20,000 bases of DNA from an uncultured virus (IMG/VR IMGVR_UViG_3300048836_000416) (Duplodnaviria; Heunggongvirae; Uroviricota; Caudoviricetes): IMG/VR virus record IMGVR_UViG_3300048836_000416; one strand, given 5' to 3'. Positions 1 to 7,776 of the stretch are shown one piece after another. The notes beneath the pieces were generated by a model. That model searched no databases. It worked only from the letters and a program-made list of their open reading frames with translations, and was not told the origin of the DNA. Position numbers and translations under genes: made by a program. Position 1 is the first letter of the stretch. The number at the start of each line of letters is the position of its first letter.

Positions 1-2
1 AG

Positions 3-290
3 GACAAAGCGAGTACCCTGACGGCAGGGTACTCGAAGAACTGGAACGATGGAATGAGCGAGTCAATGCTTGTGTCAAGCAAAAGCAACCTTCGTCGCAT
101 CACCCCAGTCGAGGCAGAGCGGCTACAAGGTTTCCCTGACAATTACACACTGATCCCGTTCAAGAAAAAGAAAGCCGCCGACGGGCCCCGGTATAAGGCA
201 ATTGGAAACTCAATGGCCGTCCCTGTGATGAAGTGGCTTGGTGAACGCATCCAATTAGTTCAAGACTTAATCGACAACAAAGAGATATGA
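3..290 (+). CDS. C5-cytosine DNA methyltransferase, C-terminal part (gene starts upstream of the window)
   Basis: The frame is open from position 3 (DKASTLTAGYSKNWNDGMSES...). It contains the typical C5-MTase motif IX/X region RRITPVEAERLQGFPDNYT...RYKAIGNSMAVPVMKWLGERI. Confidence 0.88.
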   Translation, partial: DKASTLTAGYSKNWNDGMSESMLVSSKSNLRRITPVEAERLQGFPDNYTLIPFKKKKAADGPRYKAIGNSMAVPVMKWLGERIQLVQDLIDNKEI

Positions 291-616
291 ACCAACAAGA
301 AATGGATCAAACCCTCGCCCGGCAGAAACACCTGAAAGAGAAAGGCTTGCTGGAGAACGAGATCATGGGCGACTACTCCACCGACATTGCCGGTAAACGA
401 AAAACTCAGGGCTGCTTTTGCGGAGACTGCAAATACTTCAAGTCCGGCAGGGTTTTTGAGAATAAAGAAGTTGTCGCGTATGAGATATCAGGTAAGTGCT
501 CAAACTCACTTTCCGAAGAACAAGAAGTAATGGCCGATATTGGCCGCGATTGTCCACACTTTAAAGAACGCCGAATATGGAAAAAAACATCGTTACCCAA
601 TTCATCACCCCGGTAG
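287..616 (+). CDS. Hypothetical Cys-rich, probably metal-binding phage protein (109 aa)
   Basis: ATGA overlap with the MTase stop. Motif CFCGDCKYF...C...CPHF. Confidence 0.65.
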   Translation: MNQQEMDQTLARQKHLKEKGLLENEIMGDYSTDIAGKRKTQGCFCGDCKYFKSGRVFENKEVVAYEISGKCSNSLSEEQEVMADIGRDCPHFKERRIWKKTSLPNSSPR

Positions 617-762
617 AGGACCCATCTATCCCTTCCGACAAAGTAGTTTGCCGCGATTGCGGTGTACAAGTCCCTGCAACTTTTATCGAAATGACCACCC
701 ATCAACAGAACGAAGGGACCTATCCTGCTGACACTGTTGCAGGATTCAAACAAAAACCGTAA
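577..762 (+). CDS. Small hypothetical protein with CxxC...H (zinc-finger-like, 61 aa)
   Basis: VVCRDCGVQVPATFIEMTTHQQ. Fills the gap before the 760 promoter and overlaps the previous gene by 40 bp. Confidence 0.45.
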   Translation: MEKNIVTQFITPVEDPSIPSDKVVCRDCGVQVPATFIEMTTHQQNEGTYPADTVAGFKQKP

Positions 763-767
763 TTTTG
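737..767 (+). promoter_or_regulatory. Bacteroidota primary-sigma promoter (-33 TTG / -7 TAnnTTTG) for the secreted-protein gene
   Basis: TTG at 737-739, 20-nt spacer, TAATTTTG at 760-767, then an AT-rich leader without SD to the ATG at 801. Confidence 0.65.
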
Positions 768-800
768 CTCACTCTTTTTGTTAACAAAACAATTTTTTAA

Positions 801-1277
801 ATGAAACACCTGCTTTGCTTGGCCCTGACCTTGTTCCTGGCCGTCACGCTTTCCGCCCAAAGCGGTTCGGCGTTTTACCACAACCATACGGACACGAATG
901 ATACGCTCGGCGCTAATTCTACGTTCACGTATGACTTCAACACCCTGACCACTTTGTTCGGCGTATCGGCCGGCTCCCGCGACATCACGGATACGTGGTC
1001 GTATTCCGTCACCGTAGAGGCCGACTCGCTGAGTGGCGCCGCTGCCGACAGTTCGACGGTCTTTCTCCAGGTTTCCAACTCCCCGGTCACTGACGCTAAC
1101 CCGGTTTGGGTAAGTATCGAAGATGATGAAATCGACGGAACCACTACCCAAGTTTTCCATTATACTGGAGACATCGTGGAGCCGCGAATGCGCCTGCTCA
1201 TTTACTCCAAGTCCGGCACTAAAGCCATTGCGCTCCGCTCGTACATTACCGTAAAGCGGAAGTATAAAACCCGGTAA
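801..1277 (+). CDS. Secreted (Sec signal peptide) beta-rich protein, 158 aa
   Basis: MKHLLCLALTLFLAVTLSA|QSG has a basic N-region, a hydrophobic H-region, a small residue at -1 and Gln at +1. The mature part is S/T/D-rich with alternating beta-strand patterns (VFLQVSNS...WVSI...RMRLLI). Confidence 0.85.
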   Translation: MKHLLCLALTLFLAVTLSAQSGSAFYHNHTDTNDTLGANSTFTYDFNTLTTLFGVSAGSRDITDTWSYSVTVEADSLSGAAADSSTVFLQVSNSPVTDANPVWVSIEDDEIDGTTTQVFHYTGDIVEPRMRLLIYSKSGTKAIALRSYITVKRKYKTR

Positions 1278-1306
1278 ACGGAAAAAGATAATCAAGAACC
1301 GATCAG

Positions 1307-1342
1307 AAAGGGCGACACGAGGCGGTGTTGCCCTTTTGTTTT
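1307..1342 (+). terminator. Rho-independent terminator
   Basis: AAAGGGCGACAC-gaggcg-GTGTTGCCCTTT hairpin with a T-rich tail (TTTTGTTTT), 30 bp after the stop of 801..1277. Confidence 0.8.
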
Positions 1343-1346
1343 AAAT

Positions 1347-1565
1347 ATGGATACACTCTACTTCCTTTTCCCTCTTTCATTTATGCTGATCTGGTGCGGC
1401 TTCAAGTTGCTTGACATTGCACTTGTTGATCTCGCAATCAGTTTATCCCGGCCCCTGTCTTGGGAGTTCTGGGATATGGTAATTCAACTCTTATATGGGG
1501 TGTTTTATTTATTAACCGGATCGGCGATATTGTTTTTCTCGCTAAACGTTTTACCTTTGCAATAA
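1347..1565 (+). CDS. Small membrane protein with two predicted TM segments (72 aa)
   Basis: Two long hydrophobic stretches (LYFLFPLSFMLIWCGFKLLDIALVDLAISL; MVIQLLYGVFYLLTGSAILFFSLNVL). AT-rich leader (ttttaaat-ATG). Confidence 0.55.
   Translation: MDTLYFLFPLSFMLIWCGFKLLDIALVDLAISLSRPLSWEFWDMVIQLLYGVFYLLTGSAILFFSLNVLPLQ
1530..1559 (+). promoter_or_regulatory. Bacteroidota primary-sigma promoter for the groEL operon
   Basis: TTG at 1530-1532, 19-nt spacer, TACCTTTG at 1552-1559, 18 nt upstream of the groEL ATG. Confidence 0.7.
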
Positions 1566-1577
1566 AAATAACATTGC

Positions 1578-3287
1578 ATGAATAAAGAAGTATTAAACTA
1601 CGACGCAAAGCGTCTTGATGCTGTTACCGATATCGCCTCCCTTGTTGCCACCACCGCAGGCCCCTATGGGCAGAACGTGGAATTTATTGGCGGCGAATCC
1701 CCGTTGATGATCCGTGACGGATACAAGGTGCTCCAGAAATTCTCTCCGGCCGACGACCTTATGCTTGGCCTCAAATTCAGAATGCAGGAAGCAGCCTACC
1801 GGACTGTCCGTGCTGCCGGTGACGGCTCCACTACCACCACCATCTTAATGAGGTGGATTTACGAAAATGCGATTGACTGGATTCACGAACAAAAGGCAGA
1901 AGAGAATAACTCCCCGTTCCCTGTCTCTCGCCGGGACATCGCCAATGGTATCCGCCATGCCGGTAAAATCTGCGTGGAAGCGCTGGAGAACGCCGACAAG
2001 ATCGACATTACGACCGACAAAGGCAAGAGCCTCCTCCGCATGGTCGCCACCCTGGCCGGCTCCAACGACGCGCAGATCGGTAACGCCATCGCCGAAATTA
2101 TCATCGCTATCGGGAAAGACGGTTACGTAATGACCGAGTACGACCCCAACATTAAGGAGATGTCGTATGAGATCAAAAGCGGATACACAATGCCGTATGG
2201 CCTGATCCACAATACCATGCTTCCTCGCGGGCGGAAAGACATCACGATCCAGGACGCCTATGTTGCCGTCTGCAAAGACCTGATCAGCACGGTTGATACT
2301 CTCCGGCCAATAATTATGGCCTGGAAGGAATACTGTCAGAGGGAACAATCCATCTTCCCCTTGGTGCTGATTGTCCCCGGTATCGACGCCGACGCCATGG
2401 CTACTATTCTGAATCGGAGTATGACCGAGGACCGCAAAGGTTGGGAGAATCCAATCTGGTCCCTGCTTCCAGGCATACGCCTGCCCTGGTTCTGCGTAAA
2501 AGTCCAAGCGGTAAATGAAGTGTGGGAGGATATCGAGGCCATTACAGGGGCCAAAGTATTCTCCTCCCGGGAAAACCGGAGCGTGAAATACTTCAAACCA
2601 GACTCCGGGATCGTGATGCCTTCCATCGTTTTGTCGATGGAGCAATCTGTCCTTCACATCAACACCGAAGCGCTGGAAACCTCCGGCATCGTGAGCCGAC
2701 TGAAAGAATCCCTGGAAGGCGCTGAGGACCGCCAGGCGCTCGAATCACGCATCGCCCGGCTTGAGGGCCGCGTTGGTGTAGTTCGTATTCCTGTCCACTC
2801 TCAGGCGAAACGCTCCTGGACCGCCGAGGTATTTGAAGATGCTTACTTGGCCGCAATATCGGCCATCGAAAAAGGAATCGTGCCCGGCGCCGGGAAGAAA
2901 CTGATCTCGCTCGGCGAGAAAGTGGGGGCTACCCGTTTCAAAGCAGTCTCGCCTTCTTATGCTGCCGGACTCGCCGCAGTAGGCGCTTCGCTGTCTAACA
3001 TCTTTCGGACCCTGCTGGAGAACGGAGGTGTGCCGGTGAATCGTATTGAAGGTATTGTTAATGTGTTGTCCCAAAAAGATGACTGGTCAACCATATCATT
3101 AAACGACTCCATGCTGTCGAACCTCTGCGGAGAAGTACCTATCCAGGCGATGCTCGAAGATGGCCGCAAGACTGGGGTCATTGACTCCGCCGCCGCTGTT
3201 TCTGCTGCTATCTCCTCTGCCTGCGAAGAGGTTGCAGACTGGGTAGAGACAAGCAAGTGTGTTGTTCCCGCTTCTTACCGGGGATAG
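1578..3287 (+). CDS. groEL: Phage-encoded GroEL/Cpn60-family chaperonin (divergent)
   Basis: Cpn60 motifs in the correct order: TTAGPYGQNV (cf. TLGPKGRNV), MIRDGYKV (cf. ITKDGVTV), AAGDGSTTTT (GDGTTT ATP loop), RIARLEGRVGVVRI, EDAYLAAISAIEKGIVPGAG, GVIDSA. No GGM tail. Confidence 0.93.
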   Translation: MNKEVLNYDAKRLDAVTDIASLVATTAGPYGQNVEFIGGESPLMIRDGYKVLQKFSPADDLMLGLKFRMQEAAYRTVRAAGDGSTTTTILMRWIYENAIDWIHEQKAEENNSPFPVSRRDIANGIRHAGKICVEALENADKIDITTDKGKSLLRMVATLAGSNDAQIGNAIAEIIIAIGKDGYVMTEYDPNIKEMSYEIKSGYTMPYGLIHNTMLPRGRKDITIQDAYVAVCKDLISTVDTLRPIIMAWKEYCQREQSIFPLVLIVPGIDADAMATILNRSMTEDRKGWENPIWSLLPGIRLPWFCVKVQAVNEVWEDIEAITGAKVFSSRENRSVKYFKPDSGIVMPSIVLSMEQSVLHINTEALETSGIVSRLKESLEGAEDRQALESRIARLEGRVGVVRIPVHSQAKRSWTAEVFEDAYLAAISAIEKGIVPGAGKKLISLGEKVGATRFKAVSPSYAAGLAAVGASLSNIFRTLLENGGVPVNRIEGIVNVLSQKDDWSTISLNDSMLSNLCGEVPIQAMLEDGRKTGVIDSAAAVSAAISSACEEVADWVETSKCVVPASYRG

Positions 3288-3328
3288 ACTCCAAGTATTC
3301 GCTCACCATTATCAAATATTTTCTAATT

Positions 3329-3553
3329 ATGGAAGAATTGACCTTTGGCCAAAAGGCGGTTGGCCGCAATTTCAATCCGTCGAACGACCCATTTGTTGAC
3401 AAAATGAAACAGCATTACGCTGACATCATTGATCAACTGAATGAACTCCGCAATCAGACGCAGAACGAGGGAGTAAGGCGTCATGCTGAGCAAGCCATCA
3501 TTATGGCAGAAGATGCTCAAATGCGAGCCGTTAAGGCTATCACCTGGAAATAA
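3329..3553 (+). CDS. Small helical-hairpin protein resembling Acb2/Tad1-family anti-defence nucleotide sponges (74 aa)
   Basis: ATG at 3329 after an AT-rich leader (the longer 3257 start overlaps groEL). Sequence FNPSNDPFVDKMKQHYADIIDQL...RRHAEQAIIMAEDAQMRAVKAITWK. The C-terminal R-x-A-x2-A-x4-E-x-A-x-M-x-A-V-K-A pattern resembles the Acb2/Tad1 hairpin. The function call is an inference. Confidence 0.6.
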   Translation: MEELTFGQKAVGRNFNPSNDPFVDKMKQHYADIIDQLNELRNQTQNEGVRRHAEQAIIMAEDAQMRAVKAITWK

Positions 3554-3562
3554 CCAGGTGTC

Positions 3563-3633
3563 GCGGATCAAAGTAGTGTGGCTCTACTCCTGTCTACTAA
3601 GCAGGCAACACGGTTCGATTCCGGATTTCCGCG
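3563..3633 (+). ncRNA. Degenerate tRNA-like element (apparent anticodon ACT)
   Basis: Acceptor-like GCGGA(3563)/TCCGC(3632). D-arm GTAG-tgtggct-CTAC. Anticodon arm CCTGT-ctACTaa-GCAGG. T-arm CGG-TTCGATT-CCG. The T-stem has only 3 bp, the acceptor stem is imperfect, U8 is absent and CCA is not encoded. Confidence 0.5.
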
Positions 3634-3646
3634 CAAAATTGTTGAA

Positions 3647-3937
3647 ATGTTCTACGCAAAAAAATCAGTACCCATGCCCGGGCGCCTGCTCGTCGAAGTC
3701 ATCCAATCGGACGGCACAGACGACACCCTCGGGATCATACTACCTCACGCGCCTGCCGATACCGTGATGGCAAGGATTGTTCGGTCGTCGGATGAAGAGA
3801 AATTTCCTACCGGTTCGGTTGTGATGTACGACCGGCTTCACGGAAAGGAAATTACGCTCCTTGACGACGCCGGTGATCCGGTGAAGTACAAGGTCATCCA
3901 AACGGTTGACATCTCATTGATCCTTTCCGATGATTAA
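3647..3937 (+). CDS. groES: GroES/Cpn10-like co-chaperonin (96 aa)
   Basis: PMPGRLLVE (cf. PLHDRVIVK), mobile-loop GIILP (cf. GIVL), ARIVRS, PTGSVVMY (cf. KVGDIVIF), KYKVIQTVDISLIL (cf. VLIMSESDILAIV). ATG at 3647; the upstream in-frame extension overlaps the tRNA-like element. Confidence 0.8.
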   Translation: MFYAKKSVPMPGRLLVEVIQSDGTDDTLGIILPHAPADTVMARIVRSSDEEKFPTGSVVMYDRLHGKEITLLDDAGDPVKYKVIQTVDISLILSDD

Positions 3938-4556
3938 GATGCCACCCAACAAGGTCCTTGTTCGCCGCCTCGGCCTACAAGACTCGTTTGAAGGCATCCA
4001 GGCTTCCGACCATGAAGACCGGGAACACTGGATGCTTTCAAATGTTGGTGTTGTAGAGGCTGTCTGCGACTCGCTACACTTCACCAGAGACGAGGTGATG
4101 TGGCTCAAGCATATTGGCCGGCCGGCGCGAGAGATTGCGGAGGCCACCAGGGCATCGTGCCTTTTCAACGCCCACGTCGAAGCGAAGGTTGGCGACTTGG
4201 TAATCTTTCGCCGGGTGAATAATGTCAACGCCGACGAGGTGTTCGAGAAAGACCGGTTGGTTGTTCCGCACGATGACTTGATTGCCCGGGTAAACCCAGA
4301 TGGGTCCTTGTATCCGCTATGTGGTAATGTGATCATCGAGGATCGCCAGGAAGCCATCACAAAAGTAATCGCCGCTGGCAAACCGCTGCTTGGGTACTTT
4401 GACTTCCTTGGATACGCCGATCCGGACGTTGACCTGGTTGGCAAAACCGTCGCCCTGAATCACCGCCAGTCGGCGCCGGTATCCGATAATGTATTCTCTG
4501 ACTTCAAACTATTGGCCTACATCAAGCGCCGCCACATCTTACTGACTGTCGAATGA
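3930..4556 (+). CDS. Tandem two-domain GroES-like (Cpn20-like) co-chaperonin (208 aa)
   Basis: Domain 1: PPNKVLVRR...GVVEAV...EAKVGDLVIFRR...LVVPHDDLIARV. Domain 2: PLCGNVIIE...TKVIAAGKP...LVGKTVAL...AYIKRRHILLTV. Overlaps groES by 8 bp. Confidence 0.65.
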   Translation: MIKMPPNKVLVRRLGLQDSFEGIQASDHEDREHWMLSNVGVVEAVCDSLHFTRDEVMWLKHIGRPAREIAEATRASCLFNAHVEAKVGDLVIFRRVNNVNADEVFEKDRLVVPHDDLIARVNPDGSLYPLCGNVIIEDRQEAITKVIAAGKPLLGYFDFLGYADPDVDLVGKTVALNHRQSAPVSDNVFSDFKLLAYIKRRHILLTVE

Positions 4557-4870
4557 TAAAAGAACTGATCCGCCGCCACAAAAAGAAAGTCGAACTTTTG
4601 ATCCAGGAAATCGAGCGCCCAGTCCCGTACCGTAAAAAGTATTCTCCGGTTATTGCGCTGTATTCTTTCTTCGGCCTATTCGTTACGTATGTGCCCATAA
4701 AAAGAACTGATAATGGCTTTATGAAGCCAGAAACTGCTATCGCGTTCCACTGCTTTACCTCTGACGAGGTTGATACAGTTGAGGAGGCTACGGAACTTGG
4801 TGTGGAGTTTATGGAATGGTGGGATCAAAAACTTGCCTATTACGAGCGAAGGAGGTTCGTCAATAAATGA
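4553..4870 (+). CDS. Hypothetical protein (105 aa)
   Basis: ATGA-coupled on both sides within the operon. No recognisable motif. Confidence 0.7.
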   Translation: MIKELIRRHKKKVELLIQEIERPVPYRKKYSPVIALYSFFGLFVTYVPIKRTDNGFMKPETAIAFHCFTSDEVDTVEEATELGVEFMEWWDQKLAYYERRRFVNK

Positions 4871-5499
4871 GACACAATCCAGAGGCAGTCCCAGATGGGA
4901 TGAAGATATGGGAATACTTCTCTGAGTTTCGGCAGCGCCCGGAACTCTGTGGGAGCGATACGATTGGGTGGCAAGAAGGAGAAAGATATGTTTCCCCGGA
5001 CGATGACGACTTTGATCAGATGGTCCGGTTTGTGGTGTATATGGCAAGCCAAGAATCCCCGCACTATTTTGTCTCTGACTACAAATCGAGGGTAAAGGTC
5101 TGCCTTAACGCGGCAAATATTAAACAAAACGGTTATGTATCTGAATTGATCATTAACCACCATTGGTGGTATCGCCGGACATTAATGGTCTACCTCCAGA
5201 CCTTTGCGCCGACTGAGTTTTCGGACTGGTTGGTTTCCAAGGCGATGATTTATAACATGATGGAGATCATCATGGAGCGCCCCCCTACCGATGGCACAGA
5301 CCGAAAAGGGTACGTTAAGGCCCAGGCAGACGCCTCCTCGGAGGTAGAGAACCTGAGAAGCAAAATCACCCGGCTTGAGGCAATCCTGTTTCCGGTGGAT
5401 GAAATGCGCCAAGCGGTCGCTACCCAGGTTATGTTTGATGAAGTGAACACTGCGGAGTCTTATGCCCGCGATTTTGATAACAATGAAAAATTTGTGTGA
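4867..5499 (+). CDS. Hypothetical helical protein, candidate terminase small subunit (210 aa)
   Basis: Coupled ORF shortly upstream of TerL with a C-terminal coiled coil (ASSEVENLRSKITRLEAIL). The TerS call is positional only. Confidence 0.5.
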   Translation: MRHNPEAVPDGMKIWEYFSEFRQRPELCGSDTIGWQEGERYVSPDDDDFDQMVRFVVYMASQESPHYFVSDYKSRVKVCLNAANIKQNGYVSELIINHHWWYRRTLMVYLQTFAPTEFSDWLVSKAMIYNMMEIIMERPPTDGTDRKGYVKAQADASSEVENLRSKITRLEAILFPVDEMRQAVATQVMFDEVNTAESYARDFDNNEKFV

Positions 5500-5711
5500 T
5501 GCAACTATGGGACAACATAAATAAACAGTGGCTAACGATTATGTGGTTATTCCTTGACGATGACGGCAACCTATTCCATGTACGCGCAAAAGTCCCTGGC
5601 GAATCTCCTCTTGACCACGGTTGGTTCGACTTCAATGACGAGAAACTTGAGCACATCTCCATAAACGGCGCAATAAGCCACAACCCCAACATGGCGCCAA
5701 GGAATGCCTAA
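5496..5711 (+). CDS. Hypothetical protein (71 aa)
   Basis: Overlaps the upstream stop (GTGA) and the TerL start by 8 bp, filling the operon gap. Confidence 0.6.
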   Translation: MMQLWDNINKQWLTIMWLFLDDDGNLFHVRAKVPGESPLDHGWFDFNDEKLEHISINGAISHNPNMAPRNA

Positions 5712-7776
5712 ACTATATACCGCCACATATGAGACTAATCTCCGGGTCGAGAACGTAAATACCGAGATACTGATCCTGCTTCCGGATATGCCACCGGAAA
5801 GCGAGATGTATAATTACGGGCTACCCGAAGAAGATCAAGTATGGAAGGCGGTAAAAATCCCACCTGATTATCGCAGATGGCCATGGCAAAAGAAAAAGGA
5901 ATGGGCGGATGAAATGTGGCACCGCCGATGGAATGGGGAGTGGTGGCTGATCAAAGGTAAACCGGTCTACCTTACCGGGACCGCGTTTCTGTTTTTCAAC
6001 TTCTGGAAACTCAGCAAGTCGAAACTGCCTGACTTCAAGATGCAGTGCGTGTGGTGGTTCCAGGTGATGCGCCACGTCGAACTGGATATTAATGTGTTTG
6101 GCTGCATGGAGATAAAGCCTCGTCGCGCACATGCCACTGAGATGTCTCTGTGCTGGATGTGGGACACGGTGACAAAGTATCGGGACTCCAAGGGCGGGAT
6201 AATGTCAAAAGCCGATGACGAGGCAGAGAGCGCGTTTGACAGGCTTGTATTCAGCGCAATGGAGATGCACCCCATCTTCAAGCCAAAGAACACCGGCTCT
6301 GACCGGCCGCAGGCTCAGATCGAATACCAGTACCCGGCCAGGAAGATCGGAACAAGGAATGTGAACGAGGTCCACGAAGATCACGACACCCCGGCGCTCC
6401 ATTCAAAGATATGGTTTGAGCCCACCGTGGAAGGAAAGTTCGACGGCGAGAAAATGCGGGCGCTTGTGTTTGACGAACTTGGGAAGATCAAAGTATCGAA
6501 GATGAACGTCAAGTATCAGTGGGGCATTATGCGCGAATGTTTGTCATTGGACGTGATGACCAATATCATTGGCAAGGCCATCCTCCCGTCCACCATCGAG
6601 GAGATGGATGATGGCAAGTCGATTGCGATTGTTCAAGACTTCTGGGATGAATCAAACCCGAAGCGGTTGGATAAAGTAGGGAGAACTCAGTCCGGGCTGA
6701 TCAGGATGTTCCGCTCGTATTGGCAGATAGCCAAGCCTGATAAGTGGGGATACCCGGATGCAGATGATGCTCGCCGGGTCCGAAACGCCCAATTGCAGGC
6801 GCTTGAGGAAGCCGGGAAACACGAAGAAGCGGCCGACCTTCGGCGTAAATTTCCAGAGACAGTAGAAGAAGCCCTGGCGCCACCGGCCACCGAAGCCTCT
6901 ATTCCGACCGAGTTAATTGACAAGGCCAGGAAATATTTGGAAGAGGCTCCAAAGAATCTTTCTACCCGGGCGATTCAAGGGACCCTGCATTGGCAAGGCG
7001 GCGAGTTTGGCGGTAATGTAATGTGGACCCCGGACCCTAACGGCAAGTGGTTCATATCACGACACCCAGACAAGCCAAATAACCGGATCATATTACAGAA
7101 CAACAAAGCGGCCCCAGGAAACACCGGCGAGTTTGCGATGGGCGCCGACCCAATTGACTCTGTGAAGCCAAGGAAGGGCGGATCGGATGGCGCTTTTTGT
7201 GTAGGGATTATGCACGACTTTGTGCGTGACGCTGATATGCAGTTCGATGCCGACGACGTATTGCTTGACCACGGAATGTACACAGATGCTTGCGCCTGCG
7301 ACTACGCCTCCAGGCCGAAGATGCCGGAGGAGTTTTACGAGGACGCCTTGATGACTGCCATTTACTTTGGGTGCCAGATGCTTGTCGAGACAAACAAACC
7401 CGGCTTGGTGAACTGGGGATTTGAGAAAGGCTTCGGCGCGTACTTCTCTCAGAAACCGGTCAATGCCGACGTGAAGTGGATGTCTCGAATGAGAAGCGAC
7501 ACCATAGGAATCAGCGCCGTTGGGGCGACTATTGACAACTACTACCGGCATTTGAAGTCCCACGTAATTCGCCGCTGGCGGAACTACACTCACCCGAGAC
7601 TGTTGGCAGACCTAAGGAAGTTGACGCCGGATAACCGTACGGAGCGAGATTTATCTGTAGCCTGGGGATGGTGCCTGACCTTGATGTATGGCCTTGCGCT
7701 CAAGAAGAAGCGCGACCGATCCAAGCCCGATATAGGCGCCTCAAGGAAATCATTTCCGCTGTCTACGTATAAGTAG
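5704..7776 (+). CDS. terL: Terminase large subunit
   Basis: N-terminal YLTGTAFLFFNFW, Walker-A-like EIKPRRAHATEM, Walker B ALVFDELGK, coupling motif ILPST, RKFPETVEEAL, RNase-H-like nuclease motifs MGADPID, SDGAF, LVETNKPG and RDLSVAWG. Lies upstream of portal and MCP. Confidence 0.92.
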   Translation: MPKLYTATYETNLRVENVNTEILILLPDMPPESEMYNYGLPEEDQVWKAVKIPPDYRRWPWQKKKEWADEMWHRRWNGEWWLIKGKPVYLTGTAFLFFNFWKLSKSKLPDFKMQCVWWFQVMRHVELDINVFGCMEIKPRRAHATEMSLCWMWDTVTKYRDSKGGIMSKADDEAESAFDRLVFSAMEMHPIFKPKNTGSDRPQAQIEYQYPARKIGTRNVNEVHEDHDTPALHSKIWFEPTVEGKFDGEKMRALVFDELGKIKVSKMNVKYQWGIMRECLSLDVMTNIIGKAILPSTIEEMDDGKSIAIVQDFWDESNPKRLDKVGRTQSGLIRMFRSYWQIAKPDKWGYPDADDARRVRNAQLQALEEAGKHEEAADLRRKFPETVEEALAPPATEASIPTELIDKARKYLEEAPKNLSTRAIQGTLHWQGGEFGGNVMWTPDPNGKWFISRHPDKPNNRIILQNNKAAPGNTGEFAMGADPIDSVKPRKGGSDGAFCVGIMHDFVRDADMQFDADDVLLDHGMYTDACACDYASRPKMPEEFYEDALMTAIYFGCQMLVETNKPGLVNWGFEKGFGAYFSQKPVNADVKWMSRMRSDTIGISAVGATIDNYYRHLKSHVIRRWRNYTHPRLLADLRKLTPDNRTERDLSVAWGWCLTLMYGLALKKKRDRSKPDIGASRKSFPLSTYK

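Noticed and set aside
720..1295. 191-aa minus-strand ORF
   Set aside because: Antisense to the secreted-protein gene, which has a promoter, signal peptide and terminator.
1845..2657. 270-aa minus-strand ORF inside groEL
   Set aside because: Fully antisense to a well-supported gene, with no independent signals.
3594..3600. CTA in the tRNA-like loop as an amber suppressor, implying TAG recoding as in some crAss-like phages
   Set aside because: The canonical loop register gives ACT, not CTA. Genes are intact in the standard code and TAG acts as the stop for groEL, terL and MCP.
1578..3937. Host chromosomal groESL operon
   Set aside because: The order is reversed (groEL before groES), the sequences are far from conserved bacterial GroEL/GroES, there is no GGM tail, and the genes are embedded among phage genes.
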